Source of the DNA: Escherichia phage vB_EcoM_G17
DNA length: 64,000 nucleotides
Sequence record: MK327931.1
Strand: one strand, 5' to 3'
The translations under genes and the position numbers were made by a program. The notes under the pieces are model-generated. The model searched no databases. It saw only the letters and a program-made list of their open reading frames with translations, and was not told the origin of the DNA. Below, piece by piece: positions 39,094 through 48,287 of this stretch. How positions within the stretch are numbered: position 1 is the first letter of the stretch; each line of letters opens with the position of its first letter.

Positions 39094-39515
39094 ACAATAC
39101 CTCTCTTATGATGCAAACATTCTTGCATAATGTGTTGTATTTTTCGTAACAGAAACACATCCAGTTCATTAAAAACAGTACTGTACTGGAACATCTCTTC
39201 TTCCCCGTACTCAGTTAAATCATCAATTTCATCTCTAGAAACAGCTACAATATTAAAACCACGTGTACTACAATAACCCTTAGTAAGATAATATATGTAC
39301 TTGTACTCTCCGTTGATATCTAAGAGATCTTGTGTGATACAGAAGCTTTTGGGTGACAGTTTATCATCAGGAACCATATGCCTTGCTTGTACATAGCAAC
39401 GGATACCATCACCTATACTATATGTAATAACTTCAAATTCAATCTTCATAGGTGAATATAATCCTTTTATATTGCTCAGGTGCAGTACTGAAACGTTTGA
39501 TTGGATAATTATCAA
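39072..39515 (-). CDS. FQxS-family paralogue
   Basis: 147 aa; 'EEEMFQYSTVF'; start may be the internal Met (MKIEFE). Confidence 0.5.
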   Translation of the reverse strand: MIIIQSNVSVLHLSNIKGLYSPMKIEFEVITYSIGDGIRCYVQARHMVPDDKLSPKSFCITQDLLDINGEYKYIYYLTKGYCSTRGFNIVAVSRDEIDDLTEYGEEEMFQYSTVFNELDVFLLRKIQHIMQECLHHKRGIVCDVNLN

Positions 39516-39801
39516 AGATTCTTTTCATTTCTTTCTGGATTAAACATAAGAAATCAAAGTTACAATCGTACTTATTATCCCATACTAAACTTTCTTGGAA
39601 TAACTCATCCTCTTGCATTAGTGTAGTGTCAATTACATCTTCACGGACATAGCTATATACTTCATAGCTCTTGAAGCCATCTTCTGATAATTCTAATTCA
39701 TATGCAGCCATATCAAACATATCATCATGGTTTGTCTTCAAAGATATTAAACAAGTAACTAATTTTTTAGTTGTATAGTATGTAATACTTAATGTGTTCA
39801 T
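39439..39801 (-). CDS. FQxS-family paralogue
   Basis: 120 aa; 'EDELFQESLVW'. Confidence 0.55.
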   Translation of the reverse strand: MNTLSITYYTTKKLVTCLISLKTNHDDMFDMAAYELELSEDGFKSYEVYSYVREDVIDTTLMQEDELFQESLVWDNKYDCNFDFLCLIQKEMKRIFDNYPIKRFSTAPEQYKRIIFTYED

Positions 39802-39806
39802 TTGTT

Positions 39807-40409
39807 TTATACCTCAGTATATAGCTTACAATAGCTTTCATCGAAATTACAAACACTTCTCAAGTACTGACACAGGTCATTGAAAATATTTACATTTGAT
39901 ATATATACATTATCAAATTCTGTTCGTTGAAAGAATGTATACATAGAATTTGTAATATATCGCATTGCATCTTCACGTCCCATAGTTATATCATTTGTGA
40001 ACATTGCATCTTCATCAGTACTGATGTGTTCTATTTTAAATGATTTCATAAATGGAATACTCTTTCCTAGGGCATAACCATCACCATATGATGCTTCTAC
40101 TGCACCTTTAGAATAAAGGAATTGATATAAGTCCGAATCACGATTATAAAAAGTACGACATACGGAGGAACATAATTTATTATCTATATGAAATAAAAAT
40201 CTTTTAGCATTTTTGTCTAATACTATTCGCAATGCATCACTCTCTAGAAATATATCACCATCAAGCATAAATGAGAACTGTACTAATGCTTTTTCTAAAT
40301 CCGCTCGTTTGTGATAAATCATTTCCTGCATATATATAATATCATTTGCTAATTTCTTAAAAAACAAATGCACATCTGCACTACAACATTTATTTGCATT
40401 TATTGACAT
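39807..40409 (-). CDS. hypothetical protein (200 aa)
   Basis: Minus-strand ORF in the array; motif not evident. Confidence 0.5.
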   Translation of the reverse strand: MSINANKCCSADVHLFFKKLANDIIYMQEMIYHKRADLEKALVQFSFMLDGDIFLESDALRIVLDKNAKRFLFHIDNKLCSSVCRTFYNRDSDLYQFLYSKGAVEASYGDGYALGKSIPFMKSFKIEHISTDEDAMFTNDITMGREDAMRYITNSMYTFFQRTEFDNVYISNVNIFNDLCQYLRSVCNFDESYCKLYTEV

Positions 40410-40960
40410 AATAGTTCCTTATACATATGATGTACTTTACAAATCTCATTATAGTATTTCATATCAATGTCATTTGTATTAAAAACGGAAACAGACAATA
40501 CTGCTAACTTATCAATTAAGTAATTATTATCGGCGTACTGTTTTAACTTATTGAACATATAGATGCATTTTATACTTAATTCATCATGCAACACACTGTT
40601 CTGAAAAATATTCTCTTCAGTATTAGGAGATAAGTAATCTTCAATTATATACGATAAACTACTATCGCAATCTTTATAGATTGAAATTGATGGATGTAAT
40701 GTGTCATACATTACACTAAACAGATCACCGTCATATGTGGATATTAAACTATTATTGGAAACAGTAGGATGATAATATTTCAGTACTGAAAACTTTGAAC
40801 AATCAGTGCAGTAAAAATGATCCATCCCTCGACGACTTTCGTATGAGAATAGTTTACTTGTATATTCAATCCCTTTGGTGCGACGGATTGTTTCATGCAT
40901 TTCTGCACATTGCATTAAAATTACCATACGTTCAAACGCAAGATCTAAATCATCGTACAT
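40400..40960 (-). CDS. FQxS-family paralogue
   Basis: 186 aa; 'EENIFQNSVLH'. Confidence 0.55.
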   Translation of the reverse strand: MYDDLDLAFERMVILMQCAEMHETIRRTKGIEYTSKLFSYESRRGMDHFYCTDCSKFSVLKYYHPTVSNNSLISTYDGDLFSVMYDTLHPSISIYKDCDSSLSYIIEDYLSPNTEENIFQNSVLHDELSIKCIYMFNKLKQYADNNYLIDKLAVLSVSVFNTNDIDMKYYNEICKVHHMYKELLCQ

Positions 40961-41141
40961 AACGGATATCCTTCTTCAACGAATTAATATATTCCAAAAT
41001 AACTTGTTCCTGATATTGGGTTCCCAAGTACATCAGTACTTTCAACTCTTTGAATTCAGTACTATATGAGTCTGTTTGCATCATTCTAGTAGAATATATA
41101 TTGAATAGTTTAGCAATATCATCTTGGTCTATTATTTTCAT
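40950..41141 (-). CDS. LGTNYQE-family small protein (copy embedded in the FQxS array)
   Basis: 63 aa; 'MYLGTQYQEQ'. Confidence 0.5.
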   Translation of the reverse strand: MKIIDQDDIAKLFNIYSTRMMQTDSYSTEFKELKVLMYLGTQYQEQVILEYINSLKKDIRYVR

Positions 41142-41337
41142 TAACCCTCTTCTGTATTAGTTCCTGTAAGTGCTGAATATAACCCTTCATTGCAACATCC
41201 TGTTTGTTAGAGCCAACGAAGAACAAGAGCTTAAAGTCATGGTAATCCATTTTTGGTTTAGTAGTGAACCATATGTCCCACACTGCACTCACAGTTCTCA
41301 TGTATTCAATTCGATTAAATGTTTTTGAATACTTCAT
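41119..41337 (-). CDS. LGTNYQE-family small protein (divergent, embedded copy)
   Basis: 72 aa; 'FFVGSNKQDV'. Confidence 0.45.
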   Translation of the reverse strand: MKYSKTFNRIEYMRTVSAVWDIWFTTKPKMDYHDFKLLFFVGSNKQDVAMKGYIQHLQELIQKRVNENNRPR

Positions 41338-41851
41338 CGATGTTCATTGCCAATAAGTTAATATACAAATTACTGTTAAATGCTATCTGCAATTCCATAT
41401 AGAACTGAATGATTGCATAGTCAGGGTCAGTACACGATAGTTGAAAACACTGTTCGTCGAATGCATTGTAATTGTACTTAGGGATGTGAATTTCACGCTT
41501 CAAATCAGGTTGCCCCCACTTCATCGCGTACACACCAATGTTATTGTTCTTTTTCCTTTTCTTAAATGTTAATTGTTGAATATTTCCTGCGTTATCCAGG
41601 AAAATAGAATTATTCGACACAGGTGCACCAATAGAAAACAATGATGTATCAATTACGTGTTTCTCACGTACATCACACTTCTGAAATGCACCTGTACCCT
41701 GTAATACACGATGAAAATTGTACTTCTCATTAACAACAGTACTAGGATCAATTAAACCAGTACTGCATTTTTTGAGTACTGGTACGATGATACGAATCTT
41801 TTTTGATAAATCTTGTAATGCATCAAAGTCATTGATGTTAACTTTCATCAC
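41315..41851 (-). CDS. FQxS-family paralogue
   Basis: 178 aa; 'DEQCFQLSCTD'. Confidence 0.5.
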   Translation of the reverse strand: MMKVNINDFDALQDLSKKIRIIVPVLKKCSTGLIDPSTVVNEKYNFHRVLQGTGAFQKCDVREKHVIDTSLFSIGAPVSNNSIFLDNAGNIQQLTFKKRKKNNNIGVYAMKWGQPDLKREIHIPKYNYNAFDEQCFQLSCTDPDYAIIQFYMELQIAFNSNLYINLLAMNIDEVFKNI

Positions 41852-42297
41852 TCAAATGTGGCCTCTTCAGTAGTAACAAAATTGATTAGTGTATCCAGTT
41901 CAGCAGTGTCAAGATAAAATACATCCAGTACTGATTTCTGATATATTACACTGAATGTGCATAGATTGTCAAGCGTTCCTTGTTCATAAACAGTACTACC
42001 CTGGAAGTACCCTTCTTCAGTACTCAGGGATAAAATGTCTGAAATTTTAAAAGATTCTTCAGTCGCATGTCTTTCTATATTAACTAAATGTCCGTTTCGG
42101 TTCAATGAAATATAATCGTATGCTAACTCAATTAGACTATAATTATCCGCATTAGTGTCAAATAAAGCGACAATTTTTCGTCTCAATCTCTCATCGTGAT
42201 CATGGTTTTCATCAGCTAAGTATTCAGGATTTTCTTTGAAGAACTGAACAACTTTTAGAATATCATTTGCTTTCTTGATTGCACTTTCGTAACTCAT
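41848..42297 (-). CDS. FQxS-family paralogue
   Basis: 149 aa; 'EEGYFQGSTVY'. Confidence 0.55.
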   Translation of the reverse strand: MSYESAIKKANDILKVVQFFKENPEYLADENHDHDERLRRKIVALFDTNADNYSLIELAYDYISLNRNGHLVNIERHATEESFKISDILSLSTEEGYFQGSTVYEQGTLDNLCTFSVIYQKSVLDVFYLDTAELDTLINFVTTEEATFE

Positions 42298-42602
42298 AAT
42301 AATTCAACCACTCCATCTCTAAAGTACATATAACTACCACCATTGGATACCTTGAATTCTATTGTCCCCAATAATATATTATATTTTTTTATTTCACATG
42401 TAGTACTGGTAGTGTAAGGCTCACCATCTCCTAAGTACATTGACATATGACATAGAACTTTTCTACCTGCATATTTCTCTTCAAACGATTGTTCAAAACT
42501 ATGCATAATTTGATTTAAAGCTGAAATGTAATTAATAAAGTCAGGTATTTCTGTCAATGAATTATAAACCGTACAAAGTGAATCAAATTCATTTTTAGTC
42601 AT
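42294..42602 (-). CDS. small protein, KYxGKxV-like family (embedded in the FQxS array)
   Basis: 102 aa; 'EKYAGRKVLCH'. Confidence 0.45.
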   Translation of the reverse strand: MTKNEFDSLCTVYNSLTEIPDFINYISALNQIMHSFEQSFEEKYAGRKVLCHMSMYLGDGEPYTTSTTCEIKKYNILLGTIEFKVSNGGSYMYFRDGVVELL

Positions 42603-42916
42603 TATATTTCTATCTCAATGTAATCCTGTGTGATTAAGTAATCCCAATGATACTTCACCTGCTTTTGTAATTCAATTAACGTAAAGAAGTTGATCGATTT
42701 ATCCCATACGAGCGATTCCTGGAAAATAAATGATTCATGTTCATCGTAATAATCACACTCTAAAAAATCAGGTATATATTCACTATCGTGAATGTATTCA
42801 ACAAACGAACTAGCTTGGCATTTCTTTACTACTAGTAATAATGAATTATCATGATCAAACAGATACAATAAACTAATTTCACCAGGGACGTACTGAACAC
42901 TGAATAAGTTTTTCAT
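42602..42916 (-). CDS. FQxS-family paralogue
   Basis: 104 aa; 'ESFIFQESLVW'. Confidence 0.55.
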   Translation of the reverse strand: MKNLFSVQYVPGEISLLYLFDHDNSLLLVVKKCQASSFVEYIHDSEYIPDFLECDYYDEHESFIFQESLVWDKSINFFTLIELQKQVKYHWDYLITQDYIEIEI

Positions 42917-43365
42917 TCTATACCTTCTGGATCTTTACGAAGTTCTTCGAAATCCAAATAAAATCGAGGACAGTTAACACTCTTTAAGTACCACATAATA
43001 ACTAATGCTTCAAGTACTTCATCATCGTAAACAGTACTGTTTTGGAAGTAATACTCTTCACTATCCCACGGACCATCCAGTACTTCATAATTCAAAATTA
43101 ATGGTTTTTTGCGATTAATAAAACGAATGCTACCATTTTCAACATAACTAATAAATTCTGCATCTCTATTGTATTCAGAAAACGATATAGGACTATTGGA
43201 ATTCAACCCAAGAATAACCCTTACACCCACGGAGTTATTATACATTTCATCTTTGTAGTAGTTGCCGTTCTCGGCTTTGTACACTTCTTTGAACTTTCCT
43301 GCCTTTATATCGTCAAAGTATCCATGTAGTTCTTTTGCTTTTTCAAGAGCACTTTGTAATGACAT
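42913..43365 (-). CDS. FQxS-family paralogue (EEYYFQ subgroup)
   Basis: 150 aa; 'GPWDSEEYYFQNSTVYDDEVLEALVIMWYLKS'. Confidence 0.6.
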   Translation of the reverse strand: MSLQSALEKAKELHGYFDDIKAGKFKEVYKAENGNYYKDEMYNNSVGVRVILGLNSNSPISFSEYNRDAEFISYVENGSIRFINRKKPLILNYEVLDGPWDSEEYYFQNSTVYDDEVLEALVIMWYLKSVNCPRFYLDFEELRKDPEGIE

Positions 43366-43831
43366 TACCTTCTCCTACAGTATTCTCTACATATTCATAA
43401 TCAAAATAGAAACTACTGGAGTCAATACTTTTGAAATACCACATAATTACAATAACATCTAATTCTTCTTCATTGTACAACGTACTATTCTGGAAGTAAT
43501 ATTCTTCACTATCCCACGGTCCTTCCAGTACTGAATAAGGAATGATAGTGTCATCAGCATCACTATCTGTGTTGTAGATGGTAATATCTTCATTACGGCA
43601 ATAACTAATGTACTGATTGTACATATGATATTCACAGTTATCACTGTCACCAGTATCAGTGTGCAGTACTAATGTTTCTGCACATATCTCGGACTCGTCA
43701 TAATCGTCACGGTCTTTTACAAAAAATTCAGTATCAGATGTTTTATATACACCTGGTACTGAACCTTCCTGTACCATAATCATGTACTCATGAATCTTCT
43801 TTGCTTCTTTCAATGCACTTTGTAATGACAT
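43343..43831 (-). CDS. FQxS-family paralogue (EEYYFQ subgroup)
   Basis: 162 aa; 'GPWDSEEYYFQNSTLYNEEELDVIVIMWYFKS'. Confidence 0.6.
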   Translation of the reverse strand: MSLQSALKEAKKIHEYMIMVQEGSVPGVYKTSDTEFFVKDRDDYDESEICAETLVLHTDTGDSDNCEYHMYNQYISYCRNEDITIYNTDSDADDTIIPYSVLEGPWDSEEYYFQNSTLYNEEELDVIVIMWYFKSIDSSSFYFDYEYVENTVGEGNVITKCS

Positions 43832-44274
43832 TACAAATCCCCTGTACTTAAATATTCACATGCTCCCCAGTCAAGAAAGAATGGTTCAAAATTCAATTCC
43901 TTAAAGTACCACAACACAACCAAGGAATCAAGAATTTCTTGGTTAAAAATGAGACTCTGTTGGAAGTAATACTCTTCAGTACCCCACGGGCCATCAAGTA
44001 CCCCGAAGTCAACAGGTGTATTTGTTGTGTCAAAAGTAATCTTAGTACCTGGAATATATACAAAAAAATTAGTATATTGACTACATGAAGAGTACTGTAT
44101 AGTATTGTCTTTATCCTGTCCCATAAGTAAAATATCATCAGAGTATGTCTTTATACCTGATAGATAATACTCATCACCAAATGCACTTACTTTATCACCA
44201 TAGAACCCACTTTTTATGTTATCGTGGAAGTGATGTATTCTGTGTGCTAGTTCAAGTGCACTTGCTAAACTCAT
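43831..44274 (-). CDS. FQxS-family paralogue (EEYYFQ subgroup)
   Basis: 147 aa; 'GPWGTEEYYFQQSLIFNQEILDSLVVLWYFKE'. Confidence 0.6.
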   Translation of the reverse strand: MSLASALELAHRIHHFHDNIKSGFYGDKVSAFGDEYYLSGIKTYSDDILLMGQDKDNTIQYSSCSQYTNFFVYIPGTKITFDTTNTPVDFGVLDGPWGTEEYYFQQSLIFNQEILDSLVVLWYFKELNFEPFFLDWGACEYLSTGDL

Positions 44275-44741
44275 ATATCCTCTTTAATAACTCGTAGTAG
44301 ATCCAAGTCCAAATAGAAGCTAGGACAATCTGTATTATTAAAGTACCACAGAATGACAAGCTTGTCAAGTACATCTTCCTCGTAGATAGTATTCTGCTGG
44401 AAGTAGTACTCTTCACTTCCCCAGTCATTATCCAGTACTGAATACGGAAGATGTTTCTCTGCTGCACCAGATATAATGTCAGAATCTTGTATTAAAATAT
44501 CAGCATCACGACAGAAGTACATGTAATTATCTTCCAAATTAACATCACACCCATTGAGTGTTGTTTCAGAAGAATCTAAGTTTTCTTCATACATGTGAAT
44601 GTACTCACTACTGTCATCGTATCTCATTCGACAATATGATTTACCTTCCTTGAATAGATATCCATTAAGACAATTTGCTACAATTTCTTTGCTGCATAAA
44701 TCAATTAACTTCGCAATCTCTAATGCTCTTTCTAAACTCAT
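44271..44741 (-). CDS. FQxS-family paralogue (EEYYFQ subgroup)
   Basis: 156 aa; 'NDWGSEEYYFQQNTIYEEDVLDKLVILWYFNN'. Confidence 0.6.
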   Translation of the reverse strand: MSLERALEIAKLIDLCSKEIVANCLNGYLFKEGKSYCRMRYDDSSEYIHMYEENLDSSETTLNGCDVNLEDNYMYFCRDADILIQDSDIISGAAEKHLPYSVLDNDWGSEEYYFQQNTIYEEDVLDKLVILWYFNNTDCPSFYLDLDLLRVIKEDI

Positions 44742-44742
44742 T

Positions 44743-45234
44743 TCAACCCCTGTTAATACCGTTATCTACAGTTTTCTTTACGTATTTGTAATCGAAATAG
44801 AAGTTCCCAGAACCAATACTTTTAAAGTACCACATAATTATAATAACATCAAGTACTTCATTATCATATACAGTACTTTGTTGGAAGTAATACTCTTCAC
44901 TATCCCACGGACCTTCCAGTACTTCACTCGGAATTATAATGTCATTGGAATCGCTGTCAGTACTGTTGATGGTATCTGTATCATTAATATAGACCATGTA
45001 CTCATTATGCATATTAATGAAGCATTCATAATCATTAGGGTCGGTATCTAGTATGCACGTTTCTGTATCCAGTACGCACGTTTCTGTATCTGAGCAGTCA
45101 TTATAAAGGAGGTTATCCGGTACATAATATTGAGTACTTGTGTCTTTGAAAACACCGTAAACTGAACCTTCTTTTGCCATATTCATGTACTCATGAATCT
45201 TCTTTGCTTTTTCCAATGAACTCTGTAATGTCAT
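44743..45234 (-). CDS. FQxS-family paralogue (EEYYFQ subgroup)
   Basis: 163 aa; 'GPWDSEEYYFQQSTVYDNEVLDVIIIMWYFKS'. Confidence 0.6.
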   Translation of the reverse strand: MTLQSSLEKAKKIHEYMNMAKEGSVYGVFKDTSTQYYVPDNLLYNDCSDTETCVLDTETCILDTDPNDYECFINMHNEYMVYINDTDTINSTDSDSNDIIIPSEVLEGPWDSEEYYFQQSTVYDNEVLDVIIIMWYFKSIGSGNFYFDYKYVKKTVDNGINRG

Positions 45235-45243
45235 TTTATAATC

Positions 45244-45603
45244 TCATATATTGAAATAATAATTATTCGTTCTTGATGGGGATGGATTAAATACGTTTTC
45301 TTTTTCAAATCTCTTCATTTCATTTTGCAAAGAAACCATTTCTTCAAATGTACAGGAGTACTTATTCTTATCAAACACTAATGCAGCCTGAAATAGTTCC
45401 CCATCGTCCAGTACTGTATAATCTATAAGACTCTCAGATTCATAGTCATAGTCGTCATGTGATACATGAATAAATTTAAAACAAGAATCTTTGTAATGCA
45501 TATATAAACTCAACTCATGTTCCGAGTCGCCCTTAATAAGATTACAGCACAAGTCCCATCCTTTAGGTAACTTATAATAGTACATAGAATAATCATATGT
45601 CAT
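45244..45603 (-). CDS. FQxS-family paralogue (short subgroup)
   Basis: 119 aa; 'YTVLDDGELFQAALVFDKNKYSCTFEEMVSLQNEMK'. Confidence 0.6.
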   Translation of the reverse strand: MTYDYSMYYYKLPKGWDLCCNLIKGDSEHELSLYMHYKDSCFKFIHVSHDDYDYESESLIDYTVLDDGELFQAALVFDKNKYSCTFEEMVSLQNEMKRFEKENVFNPSPSRTNNYYFNI

Positions 45604-45956
45604 TCTTGAATTCCTAAATTGAATTTGTATTCTTGATTAATACTTGCATTGGGTTTATGCAAAGCAGCATACTCTTTCATTTCATTTTGTATTGCAATAA
45701 CTTCTTCAAATGTACACAAGTACTTCTTATCAAATACTAATGATTCTTGGAATAGTTCTGCGGTATCCATTAATGTATAGTCCGGCATATCTTGGTGTGG
45801 ATACTGTAATGAACTGTAATCAATGAATGTAAATTTACCCTGAGTGTAATGAATATACTCATTTGCACTGTGCATTAAATCACCTTTGTTTAAATTACAA
45901 AAGTACTGATAACTGTGCTTGAAAGTATGTACTGATATTAAAAAATCAAATTCCAT
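45600..45956 (-). CDS. FQxS-family paralogue (short subgroup)
   Basis: 118 aa; 'DTAELFQESLVFDKKYLCTFEEVIAIQNEMK'. Confidence 0.6.
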   Translation of the reverse strand: MEFDFLISVHTFKHSYQYFCNLNKGDLMHSANEYIHYTQGKFTFIDYSSLQYPHQDMPDYTLMDTAELFQESLVFDKKYLCTFEEVIAIQNEMKEYAALHKPNASINQEYKFNLGIQE

Positions 45957-45959
45957 CAG
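45878..45959. repeat. 82-bp direct repeat, copy 1 (covers the 5' end of gene 45600..45956)
   Basis: Matches 46406..46487 with 2 mismatches by eye ('AAATCACCTTTGTTTAAATTACAAAAGTACTGATAACTGTGCTT...AAAAAATCAAATTCCATCA'). Confidence 0.7.
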
Positions 45960-46327
45960 TACTCAACCTCTACATAAATAGATTCAGGAAACTTAGTCAT
46001 ATAATCTTCTGGATAGTTCTGCATTACTTTGATCATTTCTGCCTGTGTAGCACGGACGTATTCAATTGGTGCTCCTGGTAAATTCCAGACAGTACTTTCC
46101 TGAAAGAATTCCTCTTCTGACAGTACTGTCAGATTTACAAAATCATTACGGTAATTTTTTGAATCATCATATGTGAAGATTTTAAAAGACCCATTTTCAT
46201 ATAGTACAAGAACAAAATGGGAGAATTTTTGTAATGCACCACCAAGGCTTTCCACGACCGCATGATTCAGTGTACAGATGACCTCTTTTTTCCTCATACC
46301 GAATTGAATTCTAATTTCTTTTTTCAT
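45956..46327 (-). CDS. FQxS-family paralogue
   Basis: 123 aa; 'LSEEEFFQESTVW'. Confidence 0.55.
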   Translation of the reverse strand: MKKEIRIQFGMRKKEVICTLNHAVVESLGGALQKFSHFVLVLYENGSFKIFTYDDSKNYRNDFVNLTVLSEEEFFQESTVWNLPGAPIEYVRATQAEMIKVMQNYPEDYMTKFPESIYVEVEY

Positions 46328-46329
46328 AA

Positions 46330-46490
46330 AATCTCCTTCAGATTAGTACTGAATTTGTACAGAATATTAGAACTGTATACAGCCTCTGTATCTGTATCCA
46401 TAATCAAATCACCTTTGTTTAAATTACAAAAGTACTGATAACTGTGCTTAAAAGAATGTACTGATATTAAAAAATCAAATTCCATCACAC
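46330..46490 (-). pseudogene. truncated duplicate of the 5' end of gene 45600..45956 (~53 codons)
   Basis: My translation: 'MEFDFLISVHSFKHSYQYFCNLNKGDL...' then diverges and stops; reproduces the N-terminus of the downstream paralogue; contains direct-repeat copy 2. Confidence 0.45.
46406..46487. repeat. 82-bp direct repeat, copy 2
   Basis: Near-identical to 45878..45959 (2 mismatches by eye), 528 bp apart. Confidence 0.7.
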
Positions 46491-46862
46491 TTCCCCTAGA
46501 TTGAAATGATTACAAAAATCATCTTCACCAGTACTGCACCAGATATCTATACATTCCCTGTGAATACATTTAATTCTACGCTGTAATTCAATCATCTCTT
46601 CTAATGTACAGATGTACTTCTTATCAAATACTAATGCCGCCTGAAACAGTGCAGCATCATCAAGTACTGTATAGTCCAACATCTCGGTTGCTTTACCCCT
46701 AAACCCAGTACTAAAATCCATCAAATAAAAGTCAGCATTCCAGTACTTTAAAATCTTGTCCCTAGCGTAGTTTAAATCACCCTTGTATAAGTTAGAGTGC
46801 GTAACTAACTCACCAGTGTACATCCATGTCCTTGCACAAAATTCATTATATTTTATTTCCAT
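46485..46862 (-). CDS. FQxS-family paralogue (short subgroup)
   Basis: Track ORF extends to 47048 through a low-complexity leader; probable start is Met 'MEIKYNEF' at 46862. 'LDDAALFQAALVFDKKYICTLEEMIELQ'. Confidence 0.55.
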   Translation of the reverse strand: MEIKYNEFCARTWMYTGELVTHSNLYKGDLNYARDKILKYWNADFYLMDFSTGFRGKATEMLDYTVLDDAALFQAALVFDKKYICTLEEMIELQRRIKCIHRECIDIWCSTGEDDFCNHFNLGEV

Positions 46863-47060
46863 CTTAATCTCTACTATAATTAATAAGGTAAACTCCAATA
46901 TAAGGAGAACGTTCGGCGGCGGGGTATTTTTTGTTTCAAGAAACATGAACTGTACTCTGAAAAACACAATATAAAACTTTATATTAAACATATACCTTAG
47001 CATGTTTTTCAGCGGAAATTTTTTTGACCCCCCCCTGCGGCCTGTCAAAATGAAACGTCT
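46863..47060. other. ~200-bp non-coding island with G/C-rich tracts
   Basis: 'GAACGTTCGGCGGCGGGG' and 'TTGACCCCCCCCTGCGGCC' in an AT-rich context; no credible ORF. Confidence 0.35.
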
Positions 47061-47285
47061 CTATTTATTCAGCCTAGAAACCTTGATTTCTTCAATCCTT
47101 TTCATTGCACAAAGCCTTCGACTCGTCCTCTCGTATATATTCAATACTCGCTGTAATGCATTATCTGTATTATCTGCAACTGCAATCTGAACCAAATATG
47201 TATCCTTCAAAATAGAATCCATCATGAATTCAAAACCTTTCACACTAAAGCAATATGCCACTTCCGGCTCTTCAAACGTAATCAT
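47061..47285 (-). CDS. small hypothetical protein (74 aa)
   Basis: Minus-strand ORF; 'DNALQRV' resembles the unlisted small ORF at 47465..47641. Confidence 0.45.
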   Translation of the reverse strand: MITFEEPEVAYCFSVKGFEFMMDSILKDTYLVQIAVADNTDNALQRVLNIYERTSRRLCAMKRIEEIKVSRLNK

Positions 47286-47502
47286 AATTCCAATCCCCTA
47301 TTCCCTCTAACCTTCTAAGATATCTTGCGTAAATTATTTCGAAATATCTGTGCAACGAAATTACGGATTGCTCATAATCATCATTCCTGTACATTGTGCA
47401 TGTCAGAAAATCATTTAACCCAAAATCTAAACTGCACTTGAACTTCTCCTTTGCAATATCACTATTACTTGCACTTTTCATAATAAACCCTTTGTACCGC
47501 AT
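47272..47502 (-). CDS. small hypothetical protein (76 aa)
   Basis: Minus-strand ORF; start uncertain. Confidence 0.4.
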   Translation of the reverse strand: MRYKGFIMKSASNSDIAKEKFKCSLDFGLNDFLTCTMYRNDDYEQSVISLHRYFEIIYARYLRRLEGIGDWNYDYV

Positions 47503-47663
47503 TGGTGTACTGTGAACTCAGCACCACTAATAGGTAATCTATATTGTAAGCACGATTTCCTCGTTGACTAGCACGGCTGGAATAAAGAATATTATCCACA
47601 TATGTATTGAACTGATCTTCAAATAACTCTTTCATCAGCATTATACCATCACATAATCATACA

Positions 47664-48287
47664 TCATACATTAACAACTTTATCGATGTAATCTTCTAAC
47701 ATATCAATATATCTGGTATTGGTTCTAACTAAAAGGTATGCAAATCCAGAAAACTCCTGTGTATAATGCTTTACAGCGTACATACAACGAAGCTTATCAT
47801 TGTCATACATTGTACTGTACTGAAACAAACTCTCGTCTGATAGCTCTAATAACGCTTGGGCTTCACTTCTCGTGAACTTCATAGGGTCATGTACTGCATC
47901 ACAAAAACAAACCTGTGTCTCGCTATTGAAACCCTGTGATAGATATATACCTTCACACTCTGAACGCACCGATACTGCATTATAACTATGTGTTGCCCCC
48001 ATCATATCTGAACTCAAAACTAAAATCAACCCATTTTTATTTTTAATCAACAAATCTGACTTAAGGGATTTGATCTCCGTATGGGAAATATCACCAAATC
48101 TTCCTGGGACTTCAAACTTATCAACGTTGTATACAATCTTTTGTACTTGCTCTTTTAAACGCTTAATTGCACTTCTGTCTTTTTCTAATGTATCTAATAA
48201 ACTCATTGAACTCATTGTACTTTCCTTACATATTTGTACCGAACAAAACGGAACTTTGAATGCCATTAATCGACACTTCATGTACAT
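47664..48287 (-). CDS. FQxS-family paralogue
   Basis: 207 aa; 'LSDESLFQYSTMY'. Confidence 0.55.
   Translation of the reverse strand: MYMKCRLMAFKVPFCSVQICKESTMSSMSLLDTLEKDRSAIKRLKEQVQKIVYNVDKFEVPGRFGDISHTEIKSLKSDLLIKNKNGLILVLSSDMMGATHSYNAVSVRSECEGIYLSQGFNSETQVCFCDAVHDPMKFTRSEAQALLELSDESLFQYSTMYDNDKLRCMYAVKHYTQEFSGFAYLLVRTNTRYIDMLEDYIDKVVNV

Noticed and set aside
46863-47048. N-terminal 62 codons of track ORF 46485..47048.
   Set aside because: Low-complexity translation of the G/C-tract island; the paralogue family alignment and a clean Met at 46862 indicate the real gene starts there.
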